64,000 bases of DNA, taken from the NCBI GenBank assembly GCA_965227295.1, contig OZ245742.1:5408001-5472000 (forward strand), written 5' to 3'. The notes below the pieces were generated by a model, which saw only the letters and a program-made list of their open reading frames with translations, made no database searches and was not told where the DNA came from. Each line of letters starts with the position of its first letter. The stretch's first letter is position 1. Of the stretch, positions 10,469 through 20,938 are shown piece after piece. This DNA comes from Leptonemataceae bacterium. Lineage in GTDB: Bacteria; Spirochaetota; Leptospiria; Leptospirales; Leptonemataceae. A program made the translations under genes and the position numbers.

Positions 10469-11707
10469 CTACTTGTGATTGCGGATCTCGTTTAGAATGA
10501 GGGCGAGCTTCGCCCAATCCTGGGGCGTGGGCTGAACCTGCACCGTAAGTTCGCGGCAGTGCTTCTTTAAGCGGCCGTCTTCGTCCAGGCAGTGCGGGAG
10601 TTCCTCGTTCGCAAAGCCGCCGCCGATGGCCGAGGGAGCGGCGTCCGCGGTGTTCCAACCACGCGCCCGCAGATGCGGAGCGAGGCGTCCGGCCCAGAGA
10701 GCGTAGCCGCGCGCATTGATGTGCAAACGATCGCGGTACAGCTCCGCCCGGCCCACGTAACACGCACCAAACCAGCAATCGTTTTCGTTAATGTAAAGAT
10801 CATATAACTTAAGAAAGTCCACGTTCTCCTTTTGCGTGAGCTTCTCCAGGGCCGGCTGCTCATCATGGAGAAGCTCACTGATCAAACTCAGGCCGGACTT
10901 GTCCCGGGCGGTGGAGTTAATCCATGCCGCGTACTCGCGCGCTTCCGCGTTCTCGCCGTCATACTCCAGAATCTCCGGCCGATCAGCGCCGGTCCAATGC
11001 CGCCAGACGTTCCGTACCTGCTCGCTGTAAGCCGGCCCCGCGTCGGCCGTGGAACGGCCGCGCAGACTGGCTTCCAGGTCACAGCGATTCAGCGCGCCGA
11101 CGAAACAGCCGTCCTCCGGCGCCCCGGACACCGGTCCGGCCGAAACCACGGGAAGATTGCCCATGAACAACAATCGTCCGTCCGGGTCCAGGCCGCGCCT
11201 GGCGAGGCCCTTCTGTAGCAGTCGAATCAGACTGCGCCGGTTTTCCAGGGCCTGGCGCCGAATCGACGGAATCTTCCAGGGCATGAAGGCCGCCAGCGGA
11301 GCGTTGCGTAAATAGTCGTTCGTTCCTATCTCTAACACATAGCGAGATGCAGTTACGAAGTTCGGATCTCCGGCGCAACGCAGCACGTAGGCATAAACGT
11401 CACCGGTGGTCCAGCCGCCCACGGCCAGGTTCTGCAAACGCCACGAATCGTCGCCCGTCGCTTCCAGGAACGCCGGCCAGCCCCGGGGATGACCGTACTC
11501 CGGCCGCGCGACGTACTCGCCCAGGCTGTCGCCGAAGAACGTCATAGACGTCGCCGCATCATACTGCCCGCGTAGATCACAAAGGCCCCGTGCTCGATAC
11601 TCACGCGAACCGCCGGCGTCGGCTTTGAGTGGCAACGCAGGAGGATGCAAGCCGATGCACAGAATCAGGAGCAGCGTCGCGCAAACCCGGGACGGCCTAG
11701 AGTGCAT
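10469..11707 (-). CDS. Secreted SGNH/GDSL hydrolase
   Basis: Signal-like N-terminus; blocks FFGDSL, LAVGGWTT, EIGTND, DRLHINARGY. Confidence 0.8.
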   Translation of the reverse strand: MHSRPSRVCATLLLILCIGLHPPALPLKADAGGSREYRARGLCDLRGQYDAATSMTFFGDSLGEYVARPEYGHPRGWPAFLEATGDDSWRLQNLAVGGWTTGDVYAYVLRCAGDPNFVTASRYVLEIGTNDYLRNAPLAAFMPWKIPSIRRQALENRRSLIRLLQKGLARRGLDPDGRLLFMGNLPVVSAGPVSGAPEDGCFVGALNRCDLEASLRGRSTADAGPAYSEQVRNVWRHWTGADRPEILEYDGENAEAREYAAWINSTARDKSGLSLISELLHDEQPALEKLTQKENVDFLKLYDLYINENDCWFGACYVGRAELYRDRLHINARGYALWAGRLAPHLRARGWNTADAAPSAIGGGFANEELPHCLDEDGRLKKHCRELTVQVQPTPQDWAKLALILNEIRNHK

Positions 11708-12335
11708 GCAGGAATCCCCGCACGGCCCGGCCGCGATGGCTGCGCGCGTCTTTGTCCGCGGCATTCAGCTCGGCAAAGGATGCGCCGACGTCTGCGTCAT
11801 AAAAGATAGGATCGTAGCCGAAACCGCCGCGGCCCCGCTCTTCGAAGAGGATGCGCCCTTCAGCCACGCCGTCGAACCACCAGAGCGTGGACAGACCCCG
11901 CAAATCCGGTAAATCATCCGGGAGGCGGAGGGCGAGTACGCAAACAAACCGTGCCGTGCGTTGTTCTTCCGGAACATGCCGCTCGTCCAGGTTCTTCAGC
12001 ACCAGGCGCCGGCGATCCGCGTCGTCCAGACCGGGCCCGCCGTATCTGGCGCTGCGCACGCCGGGTTCACCGCCCAGCGCGTCCACGACCAGACCGGAGT
12101 CGTCGGCCAGGGCCGGCATCTTCGCGGCACGACAGAAGGCCTCCGCTTTCAGCCTTGCGTTGCCGGAGAAGTCGTCGGCGGTTTCATCGACGTCGAGACT
12201 GAGGCCGAGATCCGCAGGAGCGCGCAGTGTAATGCCCTTGGGCTCCAGCAATCGCCGGAACTCGGCCAGCTTGTGCGCGTTGCCGGACGCCAGCAGCAAT
12301 TGATGTGTACGGAGGATATCGCCGAGTCGGCTCAT
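11697..12335 (-). CDS. rdgB: Non-canonical purine NTP pyrophosphatase (RdgB/HAM1)
   Basis: ASGNAHKLAE, ADDSGL.VDAL.GEPGV.SARY, GFGYDPIF, SHRGRA. Confidence 0.95.
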   Translation of the reverse strand: MSRLGDILRTHQLLLASGNAHKLAEFRRLLEPKGITLRAPADLGLSLDVDETADDFSGNARLKAEAFCRAAKMPALADDSGLVVDALGGEPGVRSARYGGPGLDDADRRRLVLKNLDERHVPEEQRTARFVCVLALRLPDDLPDLRGLSTLWWFDGVAEGRILFEERGRGGFGYDPIFYDADVGASFAELNAADKDARSHRGRAVRGFLHAL

Positions 12336-12359
12336 GAGATATGCGAGGCCGGGTTGTAC

Positions 12360-12707
12360 TCAATCGCCGAAGGCCGAGACCGCGTCGTCCACGCCGGCAT
12401 GGATCGGGAAAACCTTGTCGACCATCGTGAGGCGCAGCAGGTCCAGAACGTCGCCGGGGACGACAACCAGGCGAATCTCACCGTCCATCTTCAGGATCTG
12501 CCGCTTGAGGGCGATGAGGGCGCCGAGGGCGGAAGAGCAGATGTAGCTGACGTTGCTGAGATCCAGCACAAAGCGGCGCTCGTCTCCCCCGCTGCGAATG
12601 AGGTCCTGCAGGGCTCGCTCCAGACCTTCCGTGTCAGCCATGCGAATGCGGCCGCCGAGCGTAAGCACGATGGTCTGCTCCTGTTTAAACTTTTTGCCGA
12701 GCTCCAT
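12360..12707 (-). CDS. STAS domain anti-sigma factor antagonist
   Basis: VLDLSNVSYICSSALGAL, 115 aa. Confidence 0.88.
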   Translation of the reverse strand: MELGKKFKQEQTIVLTLGGRIRMADTEGLERALQDLIRSGGDERRFVLDLSNVSYICSSALGALIALKRQILKMDGEIRLVVVPGDVLDLLRLTMVDKVFPIHAGVDDAVSAFGD

Positions 12708-12733
12708 GGGTCCGTAAGGCTGGAGAGCCGCGT

Positions 12734-13438
12734 TCAGGCGGCTTCTTCCCTGATAAACAAACTCAGCAAAAATACCGCATGTGCGCCATTCTTTTTTAAC
12801 ATGCGGGATGCCTCGTTCGCCGTGGCCCCCGTGGTGAATACATCTTCCACGAGAAGCATCCGCCGGGGGATTTCCGGGAGGCCGCGGTACCGTAGACCGT
12901 TGTGGATCCCGAGAAAACGATCGTCGTGGCCGCGGCCGCTCTGTCGCAGGCTCCCATCGATTTTTACCAGATCCCCACCCCAGGGCAGGCCCAACCCGGC
13001 GCCGATGGATCGGGCGAGATCAGCGCAGGGTTGATAGTTCCGAAGATGGCGCGCCGAACGCCCCGAGGCGATGTAGACCACGCGCTCGGGGCCGAAATCC
13101 CGTAACTCAGGCGCAAGTGTGTCCAGAATCGTCGTGCGAAACATGCGAAACAGCCGACGATCGTTCTCGAACTTCCAGCAGTGGAGGACCTCCCGCCACT
13201 CTCGATTTAGCCGGAAGAGGCTTCGATGCGCGTCAAAATAGATGCGCCGCCCCGAGCAGATCATGCAGCAGTGATCGGCGGCCAGAATCGAAAAACACCT
13301 GCGGCAGCGGCCGTGACCGGAAAGCCGCGCGGCCTCCAGCGTACCACGGCACCCAGGGCAGCATCCGTTTTCTTCCGGAAAGACCTCCCGCTCACAGCAG
13401 GGGCAGGTTGCGGGACTCAGAAATCGTAGAACAGGCAT
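12734..13438 (-). CDS. comF: ComF family protein (zinc ribbon plus phosphoribosyltransferase)
   Basis: Four CxxC pairs; LLVEDVFTTGATANEA PRT motif. Confidence 0.85.
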   Translation of the reverse strand: MPVLRFLSPATCPCCEREVFPEENGCCPGCRGTLEAARLSGHGRCRRCFSILAADHCCMICSGRRIYFDAHRSLFRLNREWREVLHCWKFENDRRLFRMFRTTILDTLAPELRDFGPERVVYIASGRSARHLRNYQPCADLARSIGAGLGLPWGGDLVKIDGSLRQSGRGHDDRFLGIHNGLRYRGLPEIPRRMLLVEDVFTTGATANEASRMLKKNGAHAVFLLSLFIREEAA

Positions 13439-13474
13439 ATCCGAAGAGGTAGGCCGATGCCACGGTCGTTGCAC

Positions 13475-13509
13475 AAAAAAACCGGCAGGGAAAACGCCTG
13501 CCGGTTTTT
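13475..13509. terminator. Intrinsic terminator-like hairpin downstream of the OmpL47-type gene
   Basis: AAAAAAACCGGCAGG-GAAAACG-CCTGCCGGTTTTT. Confidence 0.7.
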
Positions 13510-13555
13510 GCCTCCAGTCACCACGAGGGGACCTGAGAAATCTGTTGCCGTTCGA

Positions 13556-14593
13556 TTACTCGACCGAGGTCTTAAGTTCGGTGATCGGCGGGTTGTCGTC
13601 CACAATGAACGAGGCTTTAACGATTTCGCTCTCGTTGCCCACGGCGTCGATCGCCTTCGCTTCGATGGAATGCTCTTGCTCCGTGTCGAAGAAAATGGTG
13701 TCGCTGTAGGTCTGCCACTCTTCGTTGCCATCGATGCGAACCATGATCATGGTGATGCCGGATCCCTGATCCTGAGCGTCCACCTTGAAGCCGGTGTTCC
13801 GACGGGCGTAGAGCTTGTCGTCGACTTTGATCAGCGGCTGAGTGGGCTTCACTTCTACAGTGGGCTTGTCCGCGTCCACTTCGACCAGCATGCTGCCTAC
13901 CGTGCGGTTTTCGAGGTTATCGATGGCGCGGTATTGAATGAGCTGGCTGCCTTCGTCCGTAAGCTGAACGCTCTCGTTCTGGCCGTAGCCGCCCAGAGCG
14001 GAGGTGTTCACGCCGTACTCTACTTTCTTGATGCCTGAAAGTTCGTCTACCGTGCGAATGGTGAACGTGTTTCCCGGAGCGGTAAAGAGCTTGCCGTCGA
14101 CATTCACGAACGGTTTGCCCGGCAGAACCCGAACCGACGGCCCGGTGTTGTCGATCGTCACGTTGTATACGCGCTCGACCTCGCGGTTTCCGGCACGGTC
14201 CACCGAACGATAGACGATGGTGTGCGGCCCCTCTTCCGAAATGCTGAACGGGCCTTTGTACTTCAGAAAGTCCCGGGCATCGTCCATCTTGTATTCGATG
14301 AACTCCACGTCCGAAAGGTCGTCCCGGGCTTCCAGGATGAACTTCACGCGAGAGTTTGCGTAGATGTTCCCGTTTTTATCTTTCCAGATAACACCGGTGC
14401 CCTCGTCTTCCGACATCGTTTCGGCCGGCTCTTCGTCCGTGCCCATCTCTTCAGCACCGGGCTCTTCACCGGGGGAAAGGGACTCTTCCTCCGCTCCCGA
14501 GTCTCCCGTGGTAGCCTCTTCTTCTTGCGCCAGCGCGGGGTTGAGCAGAGATACGAATAGTATAATAGTACCAAAAATCCAGAGTCGCTTCAT
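13556..14593 (-). CDS. OmpL47-type Ig-like repeat exported protein
   Basis: Signal peptide, acidic linker, three repeats of D..SG...I.Y ... G.H.I.Y.A.D..GN.E. Confidence 0.8.
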   Translation of the reverse strand: MKRLWIFGTIILFVSLLNPALAQEEEATTGDSGAEEESLSPGEEPGAEEMGTDEEPAETMSEDEGTGVIWKDKNGNIYANSRVKFILEARDDLSDVEFIEYKMDDARDFLKYKGPFSISEEGPHTIVYRSVDRAGNREVERVYNVTIDNTGPSVRVLPGKPFVNVDGKLFTAPGNTFTIRTVDELSGIKKVEYGVNTSALGGYGQNESVQLTDEGSQLIQYRAIDNLENRTVGSMLVEVDADKPTVEVKPTQPLIKVDDKLYARRNTGFKVDAQDQGSGITMIMVRIDGNEEWQTYSDTIFFDTEQEHSIEAKAIDAVGNESEIVKASFIVDDNPPITELKTSVE

Positions 14594-14679
14594 CCAATCC
14601 TCCTGTTTCCCCCACATCTACCGGTAAGAACAACCGTGTCAAGTCTGTAAGAAAAATATTTTTGGCCGATAGATAATGT

Positions 14680-15348
14680 ATGCGATTCGCCGGAAAAAAA
14701 ACGGCTTTGGTCATGATTGCCTGTTGCTGCTTCGGCACCCCGGCCTCAAGCTTTGGTCAGGCCCCGGAGGCCCCCCGTGTCGAGCGGTCCATCGTCCTCG
14801 AACAATTTGAACGTGTCGACGATTCGGTGGGCCCGGGTTCCGAATCCCACGGCTGGCACGTGCGCAGCCGGCAATTGGACGGCGGTACCGCCATCGTACG
14901 CACGGATGACCTGGAGCCGCCGCCCCTGGCAGACAACGATCGCTACCTGAGCGTACGCTTTCGTGCGCCGGTCCCCGCCGGCTTTCGCATCGATGCGCGC
15001 GAGGCAGTCCGCATCCCGGGATACCTGCGGCGTCTTGAGGTATGGGTGCAGGGCCAGGGCCAGGGCGATGAATTTTATGCGGACCTCATCGATGCCGACG
15101 GCCGACACCATCGGTTGTTTGCGGCGACACTGAGCTTCGCCGGATGGCGGCGCCTGGAAATCGTTCCGCCACCCGAGTTTGCCCGCCGCTCGAGCGACGG
15201 CAGAGTCGGCGTGTTTTTTCGTGGCTTTTCCATTCGCCCTCGCCAGTCTGGCGGCGACAGCTATGCGATTCGCCTCGGCCTGGATCAGGTAACGGCAATC
15301 GTACGCGATTATGATCGCCGGCCCGCATCACCCCCATGGGAGATCTGA
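14680..15348 (+). CDS. FlaA-like flagellar sheath domain protein
   Basis: LEVWVQGQG...LIDADG......LSFAGWRRL pattern typical of spirochaete FlaA domains; signal-like N-terminus; GCCGATAG just upstream. Confidence 0.65.
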   Translation: MRFAGKKTALVMIACCCFGTPASSFGQAPEAPRVERSIVLEQFERVDDSVGPGSESHGWHVRSRQLDGGTAIVRTDDLEPPPLADNDRYLSVRFRAPVPAGFRIDAREAVRIPGYLRRLEVWVQGQGQGDEFYADLIDADGRHHRLFAATLSFAGWRRLEIVPPPEFARRSSDGRVGVFFRGFSIRPRQSGGDSYAIRLGLDQVTAIVRDYDRRPASPPWEI

Positions 15349-15353
15349 ACTCT

Positions 15354-16088
15354 ATGCAACATTGCTACTTTCGCGCGGCGTTCCTGACAACGCTCCTCGT
15401 ACTCCACACGGCTTGCGGCCCGGGCGGTCGTCCGTTTGCAGTCTTCCAGTTCGTGACGGGTGAGGTCTACGTGCTCCCCGGCGGATCAGAAGAGAATCAA
15501 CGCCGGGCAAAGATCGGGAGCGGGGCTGACGCCGTAGATTCGGTGAAGACCCTGGCGGCCTCAGCTGCGGAACTGGACGTCCTCGGCATCGGCACGGTCC
15601 GGGTCGGCGAAGAGTCCCTGCTCCGCCTCGCGGAACTGGACGGCGGGCGCACGATTCAGATTCGCGTCGAATCCGGCAAGGCGGGTTTTGTTATTAAGAA
15701 GATGCAGCGCAACTCCGAGTTTCGCGTCTCTACGCCGACAACCACGGCCAGCGTCCGGGGCACCAAGTTTCTCGCGGGCATCTACGAAGGCGATGAGACC
15801 GGCGGCGCCGAACGATCAAAGATCGCCATGTTCGACGGCGCGCTGGAGCTGAGTGATGCGGCCGGCCACACACTGTATCTGGACGGTCCGGGTGAAGTCA
15901 GCCTGCGCGCCAACCAGCAACTTGACGAAGTCACAGTGGAACCGCTGAGCGAGGAGTCCATCGCCGAAATGAAAGCACTGGAGGAGATGACCTCCCCGGG
16001 AGGCGTCTCCGTTCCGGAGCCGGACATGATCCCGCGCTCCGATTCCGGCGTGGCTCCCTCCGGCGATCAGCTCAAGCTTCCGGAGTAA
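15354..16088 (+). CDS. FecR-domain lipoprotein (LipL45-like)
   Basis: Lipobox-like [24 protein letters not shown]. Confidence 0.8.
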   Translation: MQHCYFRAAFLTTLLVLHTACGPGGRPFAVFQFVTGEVYVLPGGSEENQRRAKIGSGADAVDSVKTLAASAAELDVLGIGTVRVGEESLLRLAELDGGRTIQIRVESGKAGFVIKKMQRNSEFRVSTPTTTASVRGTKFLAGIYEGDETGGAERSKIAMFDGALELSDAAGHTLYLDGPGEVSLRANQQLDEVTVEPLSEESIAEMKALEEMTSPGGVSVPEPDMIPRSDSGVAPSGDQLKLPE

Positions 16089-16090
16089 AT

Positions 16091-18226
16091 GTGGCCTTCT
16101 TCCGCACTCTGCGCGTCATGATCGGCCGGGAACTCCGCCAGGCCCCGGTAGCCTACGCCATCCTGCTGGGCTGCCTGGCGATTTCCCTGGCGGTATGGCA
16201 GGTCTGGCTGGACCTCGAAATGCGCGAAGCCCGCGGACGTTTTTCGGCACGCATTCAAATCGAGCGCGAAACGGTGCAGCTTCGCCTGCGCTCCTTTCTC
16301 GAAAACCTGCGCGCCCTGCGTAGCTTCGTAGCCGAGGCTTCCAATCTCAACGAACGGCGCTGGCGTTCCTTCATTGAGGACCTGGAGCTCTTCTCTCGTT
16401 TTACCGGCGTCGACGCCGTCTACTACGCCGTCCCCCACGAAAACAACGTAAGCATTCGCTGGCTGGACGGTGGCGTTACCCCGGCTGTCGCCCGTGCGGA
16501 ACCACTCTCCCCGAAATGTGAGGCGGCGCGTCGCAAAGCCTTCGAGCGGTCGGCGCGATTGAATCTGCCCTCCGTCTACTGTGCCGATTCCACGATGACC
16601 GATGCGGATGAGGAGCGGCGAGGTTCCGATCTGCTCGAGGCCGCGTTGCCGCACTTCAACCGTAGCGGCAACGTCCGCGGCTTCGTGGTCGTCCGCTTTC
16701 ATTTCGCAGGTTTGCTGGAGGGCCTCTTCGAAGAGCAGATCCGTCACTCGGTCACGTCCACGAACTTTGAACGGGACGGCTACGTCGAGGTCGTAAGCGT
16801 GGATCTGGGCGGGGAAATGCGAAACGTCTACTTTTCGGTACCGGCGGACTCCGCGTACGCCGTTCCGGTGGCGAGCAACGCGAATCTCTTTCTGGCGAGC
16901 GGAGTGATCATCAGCCTGCTGCTCTTCGGCGTGGTGCGTTCCCTGTCCGTGGCGCGGGAGCGCGCCGTCTCCATCGCCCGGGGGATGACCGCCGAACTTC
17001 GCGAGGCCCGGGACAACGCCGACCGCGCGAACCTGGCAAAGAGTGAGTTTCTCGCGCGCATGAGCCATGAGATTCGCACGCCACTGAACGCCATCATCGG
17101 CATGTCCGATCTCATGAGCGATACGCCGCTCACCGAGGAACAGCAGAAGTACGTGCGCACATTCCGCCACTCCGGAGAAACCCTGCTGCACATCATCAAC
17201 GACATCCTGGATCTTTCAAAGATTGAGTCGGGACGGCTGGTTCTGGAGAACCTGCCGTTTGATCCACGCGAGTCAGTGGAGGCTACCGTGGACGTCTTCC
17301 GGGCTTCCGCGGAACAGCGGGGCATCGAACTGCTGGCCGAGTTCGATGGGGAAATCCCGGCCGCGGTGAGCGGCGATCCGGTCCGGCTGAAGCAGGTCCT
17401 GTGGAACCTGACGGGCAATGCCCTGAAGTTCACGCGGGAGGGGCGCGTCATTGTGCGGCTGCGCAGGCTGCCGTCCGGAGGCGACGGCTCTGCGATCCCG
17501 GATGAGCAGGCGAATCAAACCGCCCTGCTGGACCTGGAGGTGGAGGACACCGGCATCGGCATCCCGGCGGATCGATTGCAGTCCGTATTCGAAGACTTCT
17601 CCCAGGTGGACTCGTCCATCTCCCGGCGCTTCGGCGGAACCGGCCTCGGCCTGGCGATCTGCCGGCGCCTCGCCGAACTCATGGGCGGCAGCATCACCGT
17701 GGAGAGCGAACCCGGTGTGGGCAGCCTGTTTCGTGTGCGCGCTCCCTTTGCCGTCGCGGAACATATCGCGGCCGAGGGGCCGGCCGAATCCACGCCCGCG
17801 GCCAATGCGGTCGCCACGCCGGAGGGCGGACGCCCGGGGCGCATCCTGGTCGTCGAAGATACCGAGGCAAACCGCATGCTGGTGGAGGCCTTCCTGAAAC
17901 GCCGACCGGTGCAGTTGGACTTCGCCGCTGACGGTGAGATCGGCGTCCGCCTCTTTCGGGATGTCCGCTACGATCTGGTCCTGATGGACCTGGAAATGCC
18001 CCATCTGGATGGGTACGGGGCCACACGCAAGATGCGTGAGTGGGAACAATCCCAGGGCCTGCAGCCGATTCCCATCATCGCACTGACGGCCCACGCCATG
18101 CAGGAGTACGTGGAACGCAGCCGGGAAGCCGGCTGTAGCGATTACTTAACGAAGCCTCTGCGTAAACAGACGCTCATCGAAACCTTAGAGAGTTACGGAT
18201 TGTTACCGACAGGCGGGAATGTTTAG
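16091..18226 (+). CDS. Hybrid sensor histidine kinase (CHASE-like sensor, HisKA, HATPase, receiver)
   Basis: [54 protein letters not shown]. Confidence 0.95.
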   Translation: MAFFRTLRVMIGRELRQAPVAYAILLGCLAISLAVWQVWLDLEMREARGRFSARIQIERETVQLRLRSFLENLRALRSFVAEASNLNERRWRSFIEDLELFSRFTGVDAVYYAVPHENNVSIRWLDGGVTPAVARAEPLSPKCEAARRKAFERSARLNLPSVYCADSTMTDADEERRGSDLLEAALPHFNRSGNVRGFVVVRFHFAGLLEGLFEEQIRHSVTSTNFERDGYVEVVSVDLGGEMRNVYFSVPADSAYAVPVASNANLFLASGVIISLLLFGVVRSLSVARERAVSIARGMTAELREARDNADRANLAKSEFLARMSHEIRTPLNAIIGMSDLMSDTPLTEEQQKYVRTFRHSGETLLHIINDILDLSKIESGRLVLENLPFDPRESVEATVDVFRASAEQRGIELLAEFDGEIPAAVSGDPVRLKQVLWNLTGNALKFTREGRVIVRLRRLPSGGDGSAIPDEQANQTALLDLEVEDTGIGIPADRLQSVFEDFSQVDSSISRRFGGTGLGLAICRRLAELMGGSITVESEPGVGSLFRVRAPFAVAEHIAAEGPAESTPAANAVATPEGGRPGRILVVEDTEANRMLVEAFLKRRPVQLDFAADGEIGVRLFRDVRYDLVLMDLEMPHLDGYGATRKMREWEQSQGLQPIPIIALTAHAMQEYVERSREAGCSDYLTKPLRKQTLIETLESYGLLPTGGNV

Positions 18227-19467
18227 TTCGACGGTGCTTTTCCGCTGTCGTCTGGCGGCTCTTCGTCCCGTTTTACAAGTTTGCCGTCTTTGAATTCACC
18301 GCGGGTCACCGAGCCGTTCGCCCGGGTGAGCACGCCGGGGCCGTTGAACTTGCCGGCCCGGAAGCGGCCCTCGTAAACCGTCCCGCTCTTGAAATGATAC
18401 TCGCCTTCGCCGTGGGGCTGGCCGTTCTTCAGTTCGCCTTTGTACTCCGTACCGTCGTCGAACTTAAGATGCCCGCGACCCTGGTACTCTCCGGCGACGA
18501 ACTCACCACTGTAGACGAACTTGCCGGGAGATTCCAGTTCGCCCTCGCCGTGAAACGAACCGTTGCGAAAGGAACCGGAGTACTTGCGACCATCGGCCCA
18601 GGTCAGTTCACCGGAACCGTGAAAGCGGCCGTTGCGAAAGGAGCCGGCGTAGACGGCGCCGTCTTTCCAGCGGTACCGGCCCTCGCCGGAAAACCGGCCG
18701 TCGTTGAAGCCACCCTCATAACGATTCCCGGAAGCGTAGCGCACCTGGCCCTGGCCGTCAGGCCGGCCGTTGCGATAGTCGCCGGTGTATTGTAGACCGC
18801 GGCGCTCAAACCGGCCGCGACCTTCGGGACGACCGTCGCGAACCGGCCCGCGATACGTTCCGCCCCGCGCGTAACGAATAACGGCCGGACCGTTCAGGCG
18901 GCCGGCCTGCCACGTGCCTTCGAAGACATCGCCGGCATTGTTGCGCGCTTTGCCGCGGCCCTCGGCTTCGCCCTCCACGAATGTTCCTTCGAAGAAAGCA
19001 CGCCCCGGAAAGTTGATGCGGCCGCGACCGTGGAACCGGCCGTTTTCCCAGTTGCCGCGATAGGTGGTGCCGTTGGCCCAACGACGTTCCCCGTTGCCGT
19101 GCATGCGTCCACTGGAGAAGCCACCTTTGTACGAGCCGCCGTCCGCCAGTTGCAGCGATCCTTTGCCGTGCATGAGGCCGTTCTGCCATCCGCCGCGGTA
19201 CTCGGTGCCGCCAGGGAAACGCATGGTGCCTTCCCCGCTCTCACAATCGCCGGCGATGCAGCCGATCTCCGGCTCCGGCTCGGTTTGCGACGATGAGGAA
19301 GATTCCGCCTGGGCAGAGAGCGGACCGCGGCCGACATGCGGCGACGCCAGGACGAGCCCCAGCCCCAGAAGAAAGATCGCAGCCCGCAAGCCGTAACCGG
19401 GAATCAAGGCCGCCGCGCTAAAAGTCGCCGAGGATTTCTTTGCGGCGTGTCTCGTATTCCTCTTCAT
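18223..19467 (-). CDS. MORN repeat exported protein
   Basis: [10 protein letters not shown] then many Y.G.F/W..G..HG.G 23-residue repeats; start uncertain (TTG at 19407 possible). Confidence 0.9.
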   Translation of the reverse strand: MKRNTRHAAKKSSATFSAAALIPGYGLRAAIFLLGLGLVLASPHVGRGPLSAQAESSSSSQTEPEPEIGCIAGDCESGEGTMRFPGGTEYRGGWQNGLMHGKGSLQLADGGSYKGGFSSGRMHGNGERRWANGTTYRGNWENGRFHGRGRINFPGRAFFEGTFVEGEAEGRGKARNNAGDVFEGTWQAGRLNGPAVIRYARGGTYRGPVRDGRPEGRGRFERRGLQYTGDYRNGRPDGQGQVRYASGNRYEGGFNDGRFSGEGRYRWKDGAVYAGSFRNGRFHGSGELTWADGRKYSGSFRNGSFHGEGELESPGKFVYSGEFVAGEYQGRGHLKFDDGTEYKGELKNGQPHGEGEYHFKSGTVYEGRFRAGKFNGPGVLTRANGSVTRGEFKDGKLVKRDEEPPDDSGKAPSN

Positions 19468-20284
19468 TGATGAGACCTTCGTCGAAAGCACGTTTGAGTT
19501 CTCTCAGCCGCTCGGTGGGCGACGCCGGTTCGTCCTTCCTCGCATCGCCCTCGTTTTCGTCAACGACGGTAGCCGCTCCGTCTACGTCTTTCGGCTCCTC
19601 TTCTTCTTTCACCGGATGAAAACGCACGGTATCAAAGTTATCTCGTGGAATGACGGCCCAGGTGAGATGAGTATAACCGCGAATTTTTTTGAGATGATAC
19701 TGTTCTCCCGGAATGATCTCCAGGTTCGGATAGGCCTCGCGCATGTTGAGCGGGGGGACATCGGTCCAATCGTCCTCAATGAGGAACTCGTTGCGCGGTA
19801 CCTGCGTGCGAATCTCACCGAAGACTGCGTGCAGTCCCTCGTCGTCCACCCAGAGGAGGGCCGTATTGCGCTCCATGCGACTCAGCACGGAACGATCCAC
19901 GTCGTAGCGCGAGACAATGAACAGACGGTAGCCTTCTTTGAGATTGGCCGCGGCCTCCGCGATGGCCGGCGCAATCAGCCGGATCTCTTCTTCGTAGAAG
20001 ACCCGGCCGCGGGTTTCCCCCCACGCACTCATGCGGCGGTACTCCAGATTTCCGAGTAGATCCACGATGCGATCGGCGTCCCAATCCGGGAAGGACTGCA
20101 CGAGACCAAGCTCCCCCCGCACCGGTTCTTCCGGGAATTCCTGCGCGGAGATGCGATAGATGGCCACGTTCTGACGGTAGAGGACGGGCTCGCGAGTATA
20201 AAAGGCCGAACAGCCACCGAGCATTACGGTGAGGAGCGCCAGGACGATCGCCCGGCGAAAGAGCGACGGAATACGGTTCATCAT
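19418..20284 (-). CDS. Lipoprotein with C-terminal SHOCT domain
   Basis: Lipobox [32 protein letters not shown]. Confidence 0.8.
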   Translation of the reverse strand: MMNRIPSLFRRAIVLALLTVMLGGCSAFYTREPVLYRQNVAIYRISAQEFPEEPVRGELGLVQSFPDWDADRIVDLLGNLEYRRMSAWGETRGRVFYEEEIRLIAPAIAEAAANLKEGYRLFIVSRYDVDRSVLSRMERNTALLWVDDEGLHAVFGEIRTQVPRNEFLIEDDWTDVPPLNMREAYPNLEIIPGEQYHLKKIRGYTHLTWAVIPRDNFDTVRFHPVKEEEEPKDVDGAATVVDENEGDARKDEPASPTERLRELKRAFDEGLINEEEYETRRKEILGDF

Positions 20285-20328
20285 TAGAAAATCGGTCCGC
20301 GCTGGAAGCAATCTTGAGCCCCCGCCGA

Positions 20329-20673
20329 TCAGGAAAAGATTTCCGGGAAACTCGATCGGGCCTCGTCCTCTTCGAGGAGGACGAAGATCTTCAGCAGGCC
20401 GGCCAGCTTAAATACGGAGAGTAATGATTTGCTAAGCCCGAAGATGTAGAACGAGCCTTCGCGCTGTTTGAGGATGTGGGCGCACTTCAGAAGCATGCCG
20501 ACCCCGGAACTGTCCACGAATCGAATGTTACTGAAATCGACGACGACCGTGGTGTGGTCGTCCCGCAGCGTTTCCTGAAATACTTCGTAGAACTCCGGCG
20601 CGTTCTCCATTTTCAGATCCGCGCTGAGCCGGAGGACGAGCGTACCTTTTTGCGAACTTATGACTTTGAACAT
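20329..20673 (-). CDS. STAS domain anti-sigma factor antagonist
   Basis: VVDFSNIRFVDSSGVGML. Confidence 0.9.
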   Translation of the reverse strand: MFKVISSQKGTLVLRLSADLKMENAPEFYEVFQETLRDDHTTVVVDFSNIRFVDSSGVGMLLKCAHILKQREGSFYIFGLSKSLLSVFKLAGLLKIFVLLEEDEARSSFPEIFS

Positions 20674-20737
20674 CGTCCGCCCATGCCTGCCGCACCGTTG
20701 TAATCGACATTGCGGGCAAGGTCAATAGCAAAATACG

Positions 20738-20938
20738 CTACGGTTCAACGAGTTCGTCGGGCTGGACGCCGGTCAGAAGATGCGGGTTCCCCTCACGATC
20801 GATGTACTGAACCGTAACGCCCCCGGCGCCCAGTTCCTTGATCTCCACCGATTGTCCCTGAAACACGAAGATACCGTTGTGCAGAAAGGTCGGCCGGTTG
20901 AGTGACTTGCGATCGCCGATCTTGAGGTCCGCGCTCAC
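20738..20938 (-). CDS. Small hypothetical protein (66 aa)
   Basis: GTGA overlap with upstream stop; protein-like beta-rich composition. Confidence 0.65.
   Translation of the reverse strand: MSADLKIGDRKSLNRPTFLHNGIFVFQGQSVEIKELGAGGVTVQYIDREGNPHLLTGVQPDELVEP

Noticed and set aside
18300..19230. Periodic repeats resembling an array
   Set aside because: MORN protein repeats; no identical DNA repeats with unique spacers, so not CRISPR
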